Source: Anthoceros angustus (Eukaryota > Plantae > Anthocerotophyta). From it: DNA of 64,000 nt. Within the stretch, counting starts at the first letter, position 1; every line of letters starts with the position of its first letter. The notes beneath the pieces were generated by a model. It was not told where the DNA came from and did not search any database. It saw only the letters and a program-made list of their open reading frames with translations. Made by a program: the position numbers and the translations under genes. The stretch lies in assembly GCA_010909165.1 (NCBI GenBank), contig VJWM01000025.1, positions 2,666,001 through 2,730,000 of the forward strand. The letters are read 5' to 3'. Below are positions 24,918 through 37,997 of the stretch, in pieces.

Positions 24918-27565
24918 CTACATGGGGACATTTCCTCGAGGGTGTCCTAACACTAGCCTGAGCACTTGACTCCACATCTGTGTTCTTGCTTTCAGAGCCT
25001 TGGGATTGGAGAGAAGATTTCCCTTGAAGTCTGCATCCTGCAACAGAGAGGCAGCAGCAGCAGAAGCGAGTGGTTGGTACCTGGTAGGTTGGTTTGATGG
25101 AAGAGCAGAGATTGATGGGCAGCTGCTTCCTTGAAAAGCATGGTGGAGGGGTTTGGTTTAGAGTGGCAGTGGTACCTCTGTGAGAAGTTCATCCAGGGCT
25201 GCAACCAGAGCATCCTTCCTGTTCAGGATCCACCTGGTGTCTTCGTAGCCGAGGAAGCCCAGCTGCCAGGGCCACCAGTGACATCAGACAGGGATGGTTC
25301 TGGAGAGGATAAGAGGACGTGAGCTGCAGACAGAGGACTTACCATCACGGTGTCCCACAGGCAGACGTTTGGATCCGGGTCATACCTTTGCCCACCCCTG
25401 CAGGCCGGGTGGAAGAGGGTTAGTGACGAACCAACCAGACCAGGGGTCTGTTGATTGCTGGATCACTTAAAGCATGAGCTGTTTATGCTACTTTCCTACC
25501 TTCAAGTATCACACTGAAGAGCAGGCAGTGTGCGGCTGGGAGAGGATGGAGGGATTGTGAGGTCTGTGCATCAAATGTGCCAACAAAACTCAGTGCTAGG
25601 ACTTTCTGCCAAGTACCGCGGTAATCGGAAGACTTGGTCACCAAAGACGCCCACAGAAACTGAGATGCACCGCACAAAGTCAGCTTTCATCTTCTGGGCC
25701 TCACTTTCAGTTAGAGCATGATTCCTGCGGCAACAGAGAATTGTTGAAAATCATATTAGCACGCCAGCGTTGGTCTTCTCAAAGTATGTGAGCTGGATGT
25801 GCTTCGGAAAGCACGTGACATACCTTCTCATTTCATTATTGAGCCAGTTCTTGACAGGTAGGAAGAAGTTCTCAGTGCCACCCCTCCGTAAGGCCAGAAA
25901 CCTCAACACAAATTCTCTGTCCCGCATTCTGCACCAGAGAGTCAATGTGACAAAGGCTGCTGCAGCTGCGATTCACACCATGCTCTAGGACTCACAGGTA
26001 GACCTTTTATGGGGTACTTCTTGACGAAACGCTTTCAGCATGGCCGGAATCAGAACTAGTTCTTCCAAAAGATCATTGTATCTGCACAAACACACAACCA
26101 AAAACTTAAAGAGGAAGCTTCCCACCGGCTCACAGTGCGTTTCCTGTACAGACGAGATGCCCCACCTGCCTTGAAACACACAGTTGCGCAATTCCTGCTC
26201 GTTCAACTGTGCCAGAAAACCGAGAAAAATAAATAAGCCATGCTTGTGACCAAACATTAGTGAGTTCTTCAAATTTTCCACACCAGTCTGACAAACTTCA
26301 GGAAGAGGACATACCTGTGTGGATCCCATGTTGAGCCGCTCGAAGACCTGGTGCACGAAGGATAGAATGTAAGCAGACAGGCAGCAGATGAGTCAAGCCA
26401 GGAACTGGAGAGATGCACACCTCAAAGACGACATCATCGTCAGAATGACGTGAGATTGTGTGCACATTGAGAGCAAAGTCTTGCATTGCCTGGAACTCCG
26501 GCACACGAACATTAGCGAGGCAGAGCAGTCCAGCTGCCACCAAAATCGCAACAAACAAAACGGGTATCTTCACACCTCTCGTAAGGGTTCATCAAGGCTT
26601 GAGTATCTCTTTCCATTGAGCTGCACATACAGTGAGAAACAAGTCAAACACACTCCAGTCTGGGAAACAGTATATAGTTTATGCCATGCCCAACTTAGCA
26701 ACAAGGACGAACTTAGTACCTGGTCAAGAACCTCCAGTCCAACCAGGGCAAAATCAGAACCGTCTGGAAACTTTTCTGTTTCCATGAAAGACCTGCAAAG
26801 CAGACTTGCTTTATTGTGCCTTCCAGCAAGTCCAGTCCAGAAAAGGGAACAGACGCCAGCCAGCAGCTCACCAGATGCTGGTCAGACGTTGCTTTCCGTC
26901 CACTACCTCCAGTTGACCCCTAAGACAAGCCACATCAAGCCGTTGAAGGGCAAAACCAATCCAACCAATCGGATTTTCATCACAGGTATATATTCATATG
27001 CATCGCTGCTGCAAGTGTCATACTGGTTTCTTTCGTGAAAGAACATGGTCGGCAGAGGTATGTTGAGCAGGACGGATTCAATGAGCTTGCTTGCTGTCCT
27101 CTTGTCCCAGACATAGTCTCGCTGCACGCAGCATCACAGACAGTTTAAGGGCAGCTTCGTGCCACCCAACATCACACCGAGGGCTGCCACGGAGGTGAAT
27201 CATCAAGTCACCTGATACGACGGTCTCAAGTCCAATCTACCACGACGGATTTTATCCAGAACAGAACTGACGGTGTAATCTGGCCCAAAAACCCAACATT
27301 TCCATCAGACAGGGATGTGCCAGGACCCATCCCCTCAACAGGAACCGCATTCGTGAAGTGCAATACCCGCTTTGGTAATCTGAAGAACCCTCTCGCCCGA
27401 GACCATTCGGCGCTCCACCATCTTGGGCGCAGGAGCCTCGGATTGGTACCCATCTTCATCCTCAGCCTCGGAATCCTCCTCCTCAGCGGACACAGGAGCC
27501 ACTTTCTTCCTCCTCCCCCTCCGTGGCGGGGGCACTGCATCCACCTCCTCAGTCCCTTCACCCAT
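24918..27565 (-). CDS. DUF262 domain protein (GmrSD N-terminal/SspE-type, ParB/Srx fold), 15 exons, ~408 aa
   Basis: Manual splicing gives exons 27565-27367, 27279-27212, 27121-27024, 26919-26872, 26792-26720, 26620-26576, 26489-26421, 26347-26315, 26206-26166, 26081-26004, 25928-25824, 25724-25617, 25397-25343, 25262-25176, 25037-24918 (1227 nt, all GT-AG, one open frame). Contains the three DUF262 motifs LRPSYQRDYVWD, VVDGKQRLTSI and VFERLNMG, then LNEQELRN. The start codon could lie further upstream. Confidence 0.9.
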
Positions 27566-28135
27566 GGACGAGGAAACAGCGGAAACAGCGAAAACAGCGG
27601 AAACAGCTACTCTGTTGCCGCCCACTAGCCCGTTCGGACCCCAAGCCCCTCCACACATGCTGCCGTGGTGGCATTGCCGGGACCCAACTGCTACAACAGG
27701 AGAAGGAATCTTCCTCCGTCTCCATCCCCAGTCGGTCCTTGAGCACAAATCTGCCCAGACTTGCGCACGGCTTAAGTCTGGCAGCGGGAATGTTGCAATC
27801 CAAGCTGTCATTGTGGTTCCCAGTGATGTGATCCTGAAGTCACCTACGCGTCGTGACCAGACCCATCGCCCACAAACATCCAGCAGCCCGTCTTTTGTCT
27901 CCAGTCTCGGACAAGCTGCTCTCCCAGACTCACGTCTCGCTGACTACGTTATCTACTATATATGTTAACATTTACATATTTAGTTTATATATAGTCCCGT
28001 GCTCCGCATCGTGAACTGACGGAGGCTTGTTCAATGACAACGGGGTTTATCCCGGGTTTAGGGCCGACTGATGAGAATTTTTGAGCGAGCGGGCATGGAC
28101 GTTGCGGTTCGAGAATTTTGAGACGTCGCTGAGCC

Positions 28136-31100
28136 ATGGCAGTGGCCGGGGCAGGGCCGGGAGGCCACTCCCAAAAGCACAAGCAGCATAGGGTGCCTAA
28201 GGCGGGGCCTGGTGCTGAGAAGAAGGCTGTTGTTGATAAGAAGAAGCGAGGACTGTCTACAGCCAAGTCCAATCCCAAGGTGTGTGCAAAATGGGTGTTT
28301 TGGATGGCTTGCACAATACGGGGATTCGCTTGCGTTGGTCATGTACGCTCGGTGCTTGCTGGTGAATTCTTGTGATTGCTTGCTGATTGGGAATCTCCGT
28401 GTGACTCCCGGTGGCAGGCTTTTACATTCAATGCTGCCAAGAAAGCGAAGCGCCTTCAGGCTCGAAGTGCTGAGAAGGATCAGCGCAGGCTGCATGTGCC
28501 GATTGTCGACAGAACTTCTGGGGACCCCGCTCCCTTCATCATTGTGGTGCAAGGACCTCCACAGGTGAAGTGAGCTAACGTTTAGGGCAAGTTTTGAATT
28601 GGTGATTTGATTGATGGCTGAAAATGTTGAGGTTGATTCCACCGTGTTTCATGCATGACATGGAAATTCAGGTGGGGAAGACGTTGTTGATTCAGTCTCT
28701 TATCAAGCATTATACCAAGCACAACCTCTCTGATGTCCGAGGACCCATAACTGTGATATCAGGTTGGTGCAGTCCTGTCCTCTGTTGGCCCTGGGTGTAT
28801 ATTCTGCATCCTAGCTTGCTGTCGAGCTGCCTTGCTAGCACAGACTGCTCTGCTCATTTGCACATGATTGCTCCTGCCAGGAAAACATAGGCGCCTCCAG
28901 TTCATGGAATGTGCAAATGATGTCAATGCGATGGTTGACTGTGCAAAGGTTGCGGATCTTGTACTGCTTTTGGTGGATGGGAGCTACGGCTTTGAAATGG
29001 TAGGTGCTGCACAATGACTTCTGCAGCTTCTGGGCGAGGCTCAAGAGGATTGCATGTCCAGGAACAAGAGGCTTAGAGTAACCATCTTTGGAGCCTGTAC
29101 CGGTGACTTAGCCTGTGTTTGCTGCAGTACTCAATGTTCTTTTCTGCTTGTTTTGTGGACAGGAAACGTTCGAGTTCTTGAACATCCTTCAAGTTCATGG
29201 ATTCCCAAAAGTGATGGGAGTACTCACTCATTTAGACCAATTTAAGGATGCCAAGAAGTTGCGCAAGACGAAGAAGCAACTGAAGAACCGCTTCTGGACA
29301 GAAATATATGATGGTGCCAAACTCTTTTATCTGTCTGGCCTCATTTATGGGAGGTAGGAGCTGTTGGAATCATAGTTTCTGTCCTTCTACATAATATGTG
29401 CTGTTACTGAGCATACATTCTGATAGATTCCTGTCGTTGCGACAAATCTTCAGGTATCCAAAACGAGAGGTACTCAACTTAGCACGGTTTATCTCAGTTG
29501 CTAAATTCAGGCCTCTGACATGGCGTGTAAGCCACCCCTACATTCTGGCTGACCGGTTGGAGGACGTGACCCCTCCTGATAGGATCCATGCAGATCCATT
29601 GTGTGATCGCAGTGTCACTCTGTATGGATATTTAAGAGGAAGCAATCTCAAGCTAGGGATGAAAGTGAGTTCCTGTTCCATGGCGGGTGTTATGGTGATC
29701 ATTCATGCTCTCTTATTGACAGTGAAGATTCAGTTTTATTGGAGGTTTAATATAATGCTGTGTATGCAGGTTCACATTGCAGGAGTAGGAGACTGCAAAC
29801 CTGCTAGTATTGCTGCTCTCCCTGATCCATGCCCTCTTCCATCCGCAGCCAAAAAGCGTGGGTTGCGGGAGAAAGAGAAGCTGTTGTATGCTCCTATGTC
29901 TGATGTTGGAGAAATGCTGTATGATAAGGATGCGGTCTACATCAACATCCATGATCATCTAGTGCAGTTCTCAAAGCCTTCTGGTGAAGATGGCGTTGCA
30001 GAATCGGCTCCAGGTGGTTTGACATTCGTTTTTTCGCCCTCTCTCATTTCTTGCTAGTGCACACTAGCATTTAATACAAGTACGCATATTCTTGCAGGAA
30101 AAGGTAATACAGATGTTGGAGAAACCATGGTGAAAAATCTTCAAGCAACAAGATACTCGATTAATGAGAAGCTTGAGCAAAGCTTCATTCAGCTGTTTAG
30201 AGACAGGGCCCCCATAAACTCAATGGACGAGGGATCAGAAAGAGGTGAGCACATTGAGGAGGAAAATAAGCCAGAGGAGGATGGCAATGAGGGTATTGAT
30301 GACAGAGATAATAAGCCAGAGGAGGATGGCGATGAGGATACTGATGACGAAGAGAAGCCAGAGGAAGATGGCGATGAGGATACTGATGACGAAGATGAGC
30401 CAGAGGAGGATGGCGAGGAAGCAGCTGATGATTTGCAGGAAGATGCCTCGGAGCCAAAAGCAACTATCAAACTGGAAGCTGGTAGATACCAATCGAATGG
30501 CAAGAGAGCACAAGCCCAGGCTGACTTTGAACAGAGTGGGCATGATTCAGAATCAGGAGATTCCAGTGATGACGATGGAAGTGCTTCAGACGATAGTGAT
30601 GTGGGAAGGTTATTCAAACGTAGAGCTGCTGCCAATGGCACTGGTGGGAATGGACTCCACTTGAAGGCCAATCATCATGTGAAAACTCCACATGTGAGTG
30701 GGGAGGGTGTTACGGAAGTGAGAGAAGTTATTGATGGGAGGTTGAGGAGAAGAGCTGTGTTTCACGAGGACCATCTTGGAGGACAGGAAGGTGGGAATGC
30801 AGACCCTATGGACACGAGTGATGACGACGAAGAATATGGCTCAAGTGACGATGATCAGGTGCAGAGATGGGTACTTTGGGGTCTCCAGCTTGCATGTGCA
30901 AGCACTCCTTTGGCGCCCTTGACTGCAGTTGTGTTATGTGTAACAGGTTGCTGTCGTTTGATGCTTCAGGGTGACCATGACATTGATGGTGATGGGCAAA
31001 GCTCAGAAGGACACAAGGATGACACCAACTTGCAAAATGTAAAGGGACCAACCAGAGAAGATCTGGAGAAAGTAGAGGCAGATACACTTGGCAGCGATGG

Positions 31101-33874
31101 TGGTCTTGCTGCTGGTACCTTTTGTTTGAAGCAAAATTGTGGTCTTATACAGTTTTCACCTGAGGTGATTGACTCGTTGGTTGAATATGACTTGTAGACA
31201 AGGAATTGGGAGATGCAGCAAGATGGAAGAGGAATTTGTGGGCCCGCGCAGAAGCAGCATCTAAGAACAAAGTGAACCTCATGAAGCTCGTATATGGGCA
31301 AGAAGGGGCCATCCCCATCGCAGCTGAAAGCAAGCAATTTGGGGGGGAATCAGAAGACAGTGAAGAGGAAGAGCTTTTCAAATTGCGAAAGAACTCCCAC
31401 AAGGTGAGTTGAAGAGCTCTGTTCTGCTAATTTTCAGTGAACAGAACTATCTACATGCAATTGTTAATGGGCATGAGATTGTTGCAGAGGGCCCAAACAA
31501 GTGGTGCAGATCTTGACGATCTGGATGCTGAAGACACTTCCAAGTTGCTGGTGGATTTTGTGGATCTATCCTTGGGGTCCAATCCCGAGAAAGTTGAGTC
31601 AATGAGAGAGAGATTTGTCCCAGAAGGCTGGTCCAAGTATGGGAGGCGTAAGAAAGGGAAGGTTGATGGAGAGGAAAGTGATGAGGATGCAGATGAGAAT
31701 GGGGATGGGGATGATGAGGATGAGGTATATGGAGATTTTGAAGATCTGGAGACTGGAGAGCAGCATGTAGGTGGTAATGGCATTTCAGCCCTCGCCAAAT
31801 CACAGACAACTGCAACTGAAGAAGAGGAAAGAAGGCTGAAGAAACTTGCGCTCCGTGCGAAGTTCGATAGCCAATACGATGGCTCGGATGTTATGGACGA
31901 CAATGGTACTGGAGCGAAAGAAGGGAAAGTGCATCATGGAGACAAAGGTGGAAATGACGAGAAGGATTATTTTGACAAGGTGCAGAAACCTGTCACAGCT
32001 TCAGTCGTATTTATGTTCTCCATGAGAACTGTGCATCATCTTGGGCATGTCTCATCTAGTTGGAAGCTGGTATTGTCATTTTAACCAATAGTATGCTGTT
32101 GTTTAGGTCAAGGATGAGCTTGAGCTGAGAAAGCAACGAAACATTGCTGAGCTTGATGAGCTTGATGAGGCTACAAGGTTGGAGATGGAAGGTTATAGAG
32201 GTGGCACTTACCTTCGTCTGGAGCTGCATGGAATGCCCTATGAGATGGTGCATCACTTTAATCCGCGGCACCCTGTGCTCGTTGGTGGGATCCCAAATGC
32301 AGAAGAAGGTGTTGGGTACATGCAGGTATGTGTAGCAGCATAGCAAGGTAGCAATTTGTAGTATATTCCAAGGTTGGTGGCTTGAGACATGGGTCATTTG
32401 TGCAGGTGCGATTCAAAAGACATCGATGGCACAGGAAGGTCTTGAAAAACCGTGATCCAATAGTTGTTTCAGTAGGATGGCGTCGGTATCAGACCCTCCC
32501 GGTTTTCTCCATAGAGGACAAGGGTGGAAGGCATCGGATGCTGAAGTACACTCCTGAACATATGCACTGCCTAGCAACTTTTTGGGGTCCCCTAGCGCCA
32601 CCAAATGCTGGCTTGGTGGCGTTCCAGAATCTTTCAAACAATCAGGTTTGTGGCTAGTTGAACGTAGCTGCACGGTGTTTGCAGGGAGATGTCCCGTTGT
32701 CCTCTAATCTTTTGTGATTCTATGGTTTCCATCTCAGGCTACGTTTCGCATCACTGCAACAGGAGTTGTTTTGGAGCTTGATCAATCAGTCCAGATTATG
32801 AAGAAGCTAAAACTGGTGGGCACACCTTTTAAGATATACAAGAAGACAGCATTCATCAAGGATATGTTCACCAGCACCTTAGAGGTGTCTCGTTTTGAAG
32901 GAGCTGCTGTCAGGACTGTGAGTGGCATCAGAGGCCAGTTAAAGAAGGTCGGGAGTCCCATCTTTGATCTCTTCCTGTTTCATGCAATCACGTCTGCTCC
33001 CTGAATGACTCTCACTTGCTCACATTATCTTGGTATTTGCCTATGGTTCTCAGGCTGTAACTGGCGTTGACAAGAAACCAGTTAGAGAGGGCACAGTGAG
33101 GTGTACGTTTGAGGATAAGATCCTAATGAGTGATATTGTCTTCCTGCGCGCTTGGATAAGAGTGGACGTACCGAAGTTCTTCAATCCTGTATCATCCCTA
33201 CTTCAGTCAGGAGATCAAGTTTGGAAGGGCATGAAGACAGTTGCAGAGTTGCGCAGAGAGCAAGGGCTTGCCATCCCCGTGAACAAGGACTCTCTCTACA
33301 AGGTGCCACTTGCAGGAAACCCTCGTCTTCTTTCGCGCTTCACTATGTGTTGCAGAAGCGTTCTGTGGTAAAGATTTGTTTCTAAGATTGTTTTGTCGGT
33401 AACTGCAGCCTATTGAGAGACAACCTCGGCACTTCAACACTCTGAAGATCCCGAAGACACTGCAAGCCGCCCTACCATTTGCATCCAAGCCTAAAAACTT
33501 GCAGAAACGTTCCAAGCCCACCCTTGAGACCAAGCGGGCAGTGGTTATGGAGCCAAAGGAGCGGAAAACGCATACTCTAGTACAGCAGCTTAGAGCCATA
33601 AATAATGATAAGGTACTCCTGAGATCTCTTTCCTCCGTCTCTAGGACATCTATTCGCCTTTCTGCTTACCGTCAGACAACGACTTGTTTTGCAGGCGAAG
33701 AAACGAAAGCTTCAGCAAGGACAGAAAAGGAAAGCATATGAGTTGAAGCAGGCGCAACAGGAAGCTGTAAGCAAAAAGAGGCGGAGAGAGGAGATTCGAG
33801 AGCGCCATAGAGGAGAAGCTCGCGCTAGTAAGAAAGAAGATGGTGGTAGAGTGCGCAAAAAAGCACGTACTTAA
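28136..33874 (+). CDS. BMS1: Ribosome biogenesis GTPase BMS1, multi-exon
   Basis: [64 protein letters not shown], acidic middle region, [58 protein letters not shown]. Confidence 0.97.
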
Positions 33875-35048
33875 GTACGTGCACGGGTGATGAGACCACC
33901 TTCAAAGCTAGATGGAGGCGTGCCTTGCACCATGGGCAAGGGCTGCGTGCAAAGTGGTACACTGTGAAAGCATGCTGCTTGGGCATCTGCTATGGCCGTC
34001 TCTTCGAAGCCCTTCCCTCCTGCTGTCAGGATAAGTCCATGCAAGACTTTATGCCGAGGAGCAGGCCGAGGTGCCCCGCATTTGAAGAGAGTCTTGGACC
34101 GCAACCCCGCAAGCTATGGTATGATGACTCCACAGCATGCTTGAGCAGCACCGCAAAATCTATGGATCTCGAATGCACAAATATGAGCCTGTTAGGTGCA
34201 GGTTTTGGGTGACTTTGGAAGTCCAGAACATGGCCCGATGGCACTGTGCATACAGGCTGGTCTGCGGTATGCGGTATCAGGACAGCTCATGGAAAGTGGC
34301 CATTACATGGTTTTGGCCTGCAAACCGAGGACAACCAGAAACCACGGAGTCTGAAGTCTCCTAATTTATTGTACCAAAGAAAACACCTACACGTGTTTAG
34401 GTCTTGTCTCCTTTAATAACAAAAGTTAACACACGAGCTTGTAGTCTCCCTTCGATGTAAGGAAACAACACACTCGAGCTGGCGTGCTGTCATTTCTCAA
34501 ATCTTTGATTTCAAGGTCAGAACATTTCACTTGCAAGACCTGGCACCCGCCGCGCTGAGAAATTGCACAATTCAAGCGAGAGGGATGTTTTCCTAGGAAC
34601 GTGAATGCAACTTCAATGTTCCTTTGCACCCGACGCCTCCGACTGATATCCTTGAGGCTCAGCGAACTCGTCTCCGAACAGCCGGTGCTCCATCTGCCAA
34701 GCTCTCAGGTCCCTCTCCAGCCAGCCCTCTGCTTGGGTCGTATTTCTGTGTTGTTGGAGCGTTGTTTCTTCGCTGCCGGTGTTGTTTCCGCAGCTGTGGT
34801 TGCCTTGCTGATTTGCCCGTGTTGTTCCTGCTTTTTGGGTTATGATCGCTTGTCGTTGTTGGTTGATCTCGGTGCCGGGCCGTTGTCTTGGCCAACTGAT
34901 GTGCTGCTATGTTGGGTTTAGCGTTTTTTCTGGTTCCCGCGCCGTTGTGCTTGACGTTGTCTTTGGCGCTCCGGTGCCTGGCCGAGTGGACTGTTGTTTT
35001 TCTTACAGCCTCTGACCCTCGTTTTCGCAGGTGTGAGCTCTTTCCAAG

Positions 35049-35381
35049 ATGGCCAAGCATCATCCTGATTTGATCATGTGCAGGAAGCAACCAGGAATTG
35101 CAATTGGGAGACTTTGCGAGAAGTGCGATGGGAAGTGTGTGATTTGTGATTCCTACGTCCGCCCGTGCACGCTCGTCAGAGTTTGTGATGAGTGCAACTA
35201 TGGATCTTATCAAGGGAGGTGTGTCATTTGTGGAGGAGTGGGGATCTCAGATGCATACTATTGCAAGGAGTGTACTCAACAAGAGAAAGATAGAGATGGT
35301 TGCCCTAAGATTGTCAACCTTGGATCTGCCAAAACCGACCTCTTTTACGAACGCAAGAAGTATGGGTTCAAGAAAAGGTAG
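35049..35381 (+). CDS. PHF5A: PHD finger-like domain protein 5A (SF3b14b/Rds3), spliceosomal
   Basis: Canonical 110-aa sequence [39 protein letters not shown]...[10 protein letters not shown]. 5'UTR intron acceptor at ~35030. Confidence 0.99.
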   Translation: MAKHHPDLIMCRKQPGIAIGRLCEKCDGKCVICDSYVRPCTLVRVCDECNYGSYQGRCVICGGVGISDAYYCKECTQQEKDRDGCPKIVNLGSAKTDLFYERKKYGFKKR

Positions 35382-35871
35382 TATGGAGCAGGAAAAGGTG
35401 GTCTGCATTTTTTTTGAGCCTAGTTGTCCGTGGACATCTGCAGTGCATGTCTGCAACAATATCATTGGAATATGTGAACTACAAAATAGCACTTCAAAGT
35501 AATGCGGGATGGTTGCCCTAAGATCATTAACTTCCAAAGCCCACCTCTTCTGTAAACGCAAGAACTATGGGTTGAAGACAAGGTCTATGAGTTTCTTCGT
35601 CAGCTCTAGTTGTCCATGGATATCTGCATTACATGTCTGCAACACCAAGGACAATGGAATACCAGTTTTACTGTCCCCTACAACGAGGACATCGGAGTAC
35701 CGGTGGCACTGCTGTATGAGTGACTCCTCCCTATCACACGATTGATTCCGTGATACAGAAATAGGTTTGTCATAAATCAACGTCACCCAGTGACATCCGA
35801 ATCTTAAACAGAAACGGACTGCACTTTCTGCCACGGAGCTGATTGTTACAAGTTTGAAGGTCAGCAGCTGG

Positions 35872-37997
35872 TTACACGATCAGACAGCTTTCGAAAGCCA
35901 ACCTAAATTTGTTCTTGTCCAGATTTCTGCCTGCAATAAAGTAACCAACGGCCTGTCAATCATGTCCCGCTAGCAGCAGTCCAGATTAAAGTGTTTAGGT
36001 CGTTAGAGCATAGTATGTATAGAAGGGTCACAACACCCAAGCACAGTTCACGACTTCGCTCTTCACGGCATCAGGAGGCGTGAAAGTTACCTATGAAGAC
36101 GATGCGGTTTAAGCGCTTATCATCTTGCTTCCACTGAGAACCAGGAACTATCTCGTAAAGTTCTCGAACAACCTGTACGCACAGATTCCGGGGTAACACC
36201 TCGCATTGACCAGCTCACCGATGGTGAACAGAGCGAGTTCCTGAATAGATCCAGACTAAAATGGTCTCATCAAAGTTCACTGCACAGACTGCATCACACC
36301 CATACCTGAAGCATGTGCATATCATTGGACCCCTGTATGTGAAGTATTCCTTTCATTCGGAAGATCTCCACATCATCATTCTCCTCCCACAGCAACAGTC
36401 CAAGCCAGTCTTGAACCTGCACTTTTTGCAAAACTCTGCATAAGACAAATTTATTAAAGCTATTGCACCATGTCAGATCTGACTTAGTCAGGGATTAGCT
36501 CTTCTTTCGTTTTACCTTGCTCAGATCTGCTGGGCCTTCCACAGTGATGCTTACTGTGCGTACACTATGATCATGTCCATGGTCATCTTCTTCATTCGGC
36601 TCTTTCGAATGAAGTGCTTGTAGATTGACAGAATGCTGAAACAACCAGGCAGTTAACAGGTAATCCAGCAAGCTTTGCTTTCGACAGACCCAACGACAGG
36701 ATGGCATTCAAAAATGTCAGCCGCTGGCTTACCTTGCTATCATAAGCTCTAGTGTCAAAAATATTCTCGAGATCTACTTGGCAACGGGTCGTAGGGATTA
36801 TCCTCGCTAATGAATTTATGCTCCGAATGTCTTTCTCCACATCAGCCACCGTTTGAGTCTCACCAACCAGGTCCACTTTGTTGAGAATCACTATGTCCTG
36901 TGCCACCACAAATTCATGAGAAGCCAAAACCATTCCTTATGATATCTTTGGAGCATAACAAGTGAAACAAGAAACACCCAAAAATGGCCAAAATAGATAT
37001 CAAAATTGGGATGTTGCATTGGGAATGAGTGCAGACTGCGTAGGCAATCTGGTGATGCGCTTCTGTGGCACAACCAGGCTCACGGGGCTCTCTGAGCTGT
37101 CGCTGTAGATTCCTTGCATCCACAACCTGCCAAAACAAGCAGTTGATACCAGCTATCCATGAACAGGTTAAAAGGAAAAACTGAAGAGATGTGAAGTGGT
37201 CCACGCACTGTCACAATGGAGTCCAGACGAATAGGAGACTCCAGCTGATCATCGATCCAAAGAATAGAGGCCACTGGCCCAGGATTGGCCAGACCTGTGG
37301 TCTCCAGCAAGATGTGGTCGAACCTGCAGATGTATGTATATCAGAATCAGAGTGACCAATCCTTACCACAGACCTGCACCCAAACCCCACCAATGTTTCT
37401 CAAAGTAGCTTACTTGTCCCTCCGCAGCATGAGCTGCTCCAGAGCCTGGACAAAGCTGTGCTTCACGCTGCAGCAGACACATCCATTGGCTAGTTCGACC
37501 CATTCTTCCACGAGTGCTCCATCGCTGCCATCGTTTACCATTGCTTTCTCAATGCCTATCTCCTCCCCAAACTCATTAAGAATCACGGCTATTCTCTTAC
37601 CGTGCTTTTCAAGCAAGATGTGGTTCACTAGCTGCACCCGACATGGACAGGGACAGGGGGCAAGCCATGGCAGGGAAAAACTGTTCAGATCCAGATCGAT
37701 CTACGGTTTATGCTCAAAATCACGACCCAAGAAATGCTAATTCCTTACCGTTGTCTTGCCTGCACCTAAGTATCCAGTGATGATAGTTACACCTACAGGC
37801 GTAATTCCTTCCGCTGCTATGGCCTCTGCGTCTACCGCATCTAAGGCTTCCATCTGCTGCGTGATCTGCAGTCCTGAGACTTCCTGCGCGTCGTCTGGAC
37901 CTTCTCGCTTGGCCTCATAGCTACTTAAAATGCTCTCCATCGTCTCCTTGGTTAGTGAGTTCAATCGGAGAGGCGGGGCTACGCCTAGTCCTTCCAT
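35872..37997 (-). CDS. CobW/COG0523 zinc metallochaperone GTPase (ZNG1/CBWD-like), multi-exon
   Basis: [14 protein letters not shown] (Walker A), [19 protein letters not shown] (CxCC), [19 protein letters not shown], and CobW_C exons (IFRMKGIL; NRIVFIGRNLD) ending at TAA 35872. Confidence 0.92.

Noticed and set aside
25494-25520. Possible 14-nt micro-exon (AG/tgtgatacttgaag/GT) in the DUF262 gene
   Set aside because: Including it breaks the frame, whereas skipping it gives a continuous protein.
24918-27565. Bacterial contamination as the source of the DUF262 gene
   Set aside because: It has fourteen in-phase spliceosomal introns and is contiguous with plant genes on both sides.
33890-34370. 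Short ORFs downstream of BMS1
   Set aside because: No motif or consistent frame; probably UTR or intergenic.
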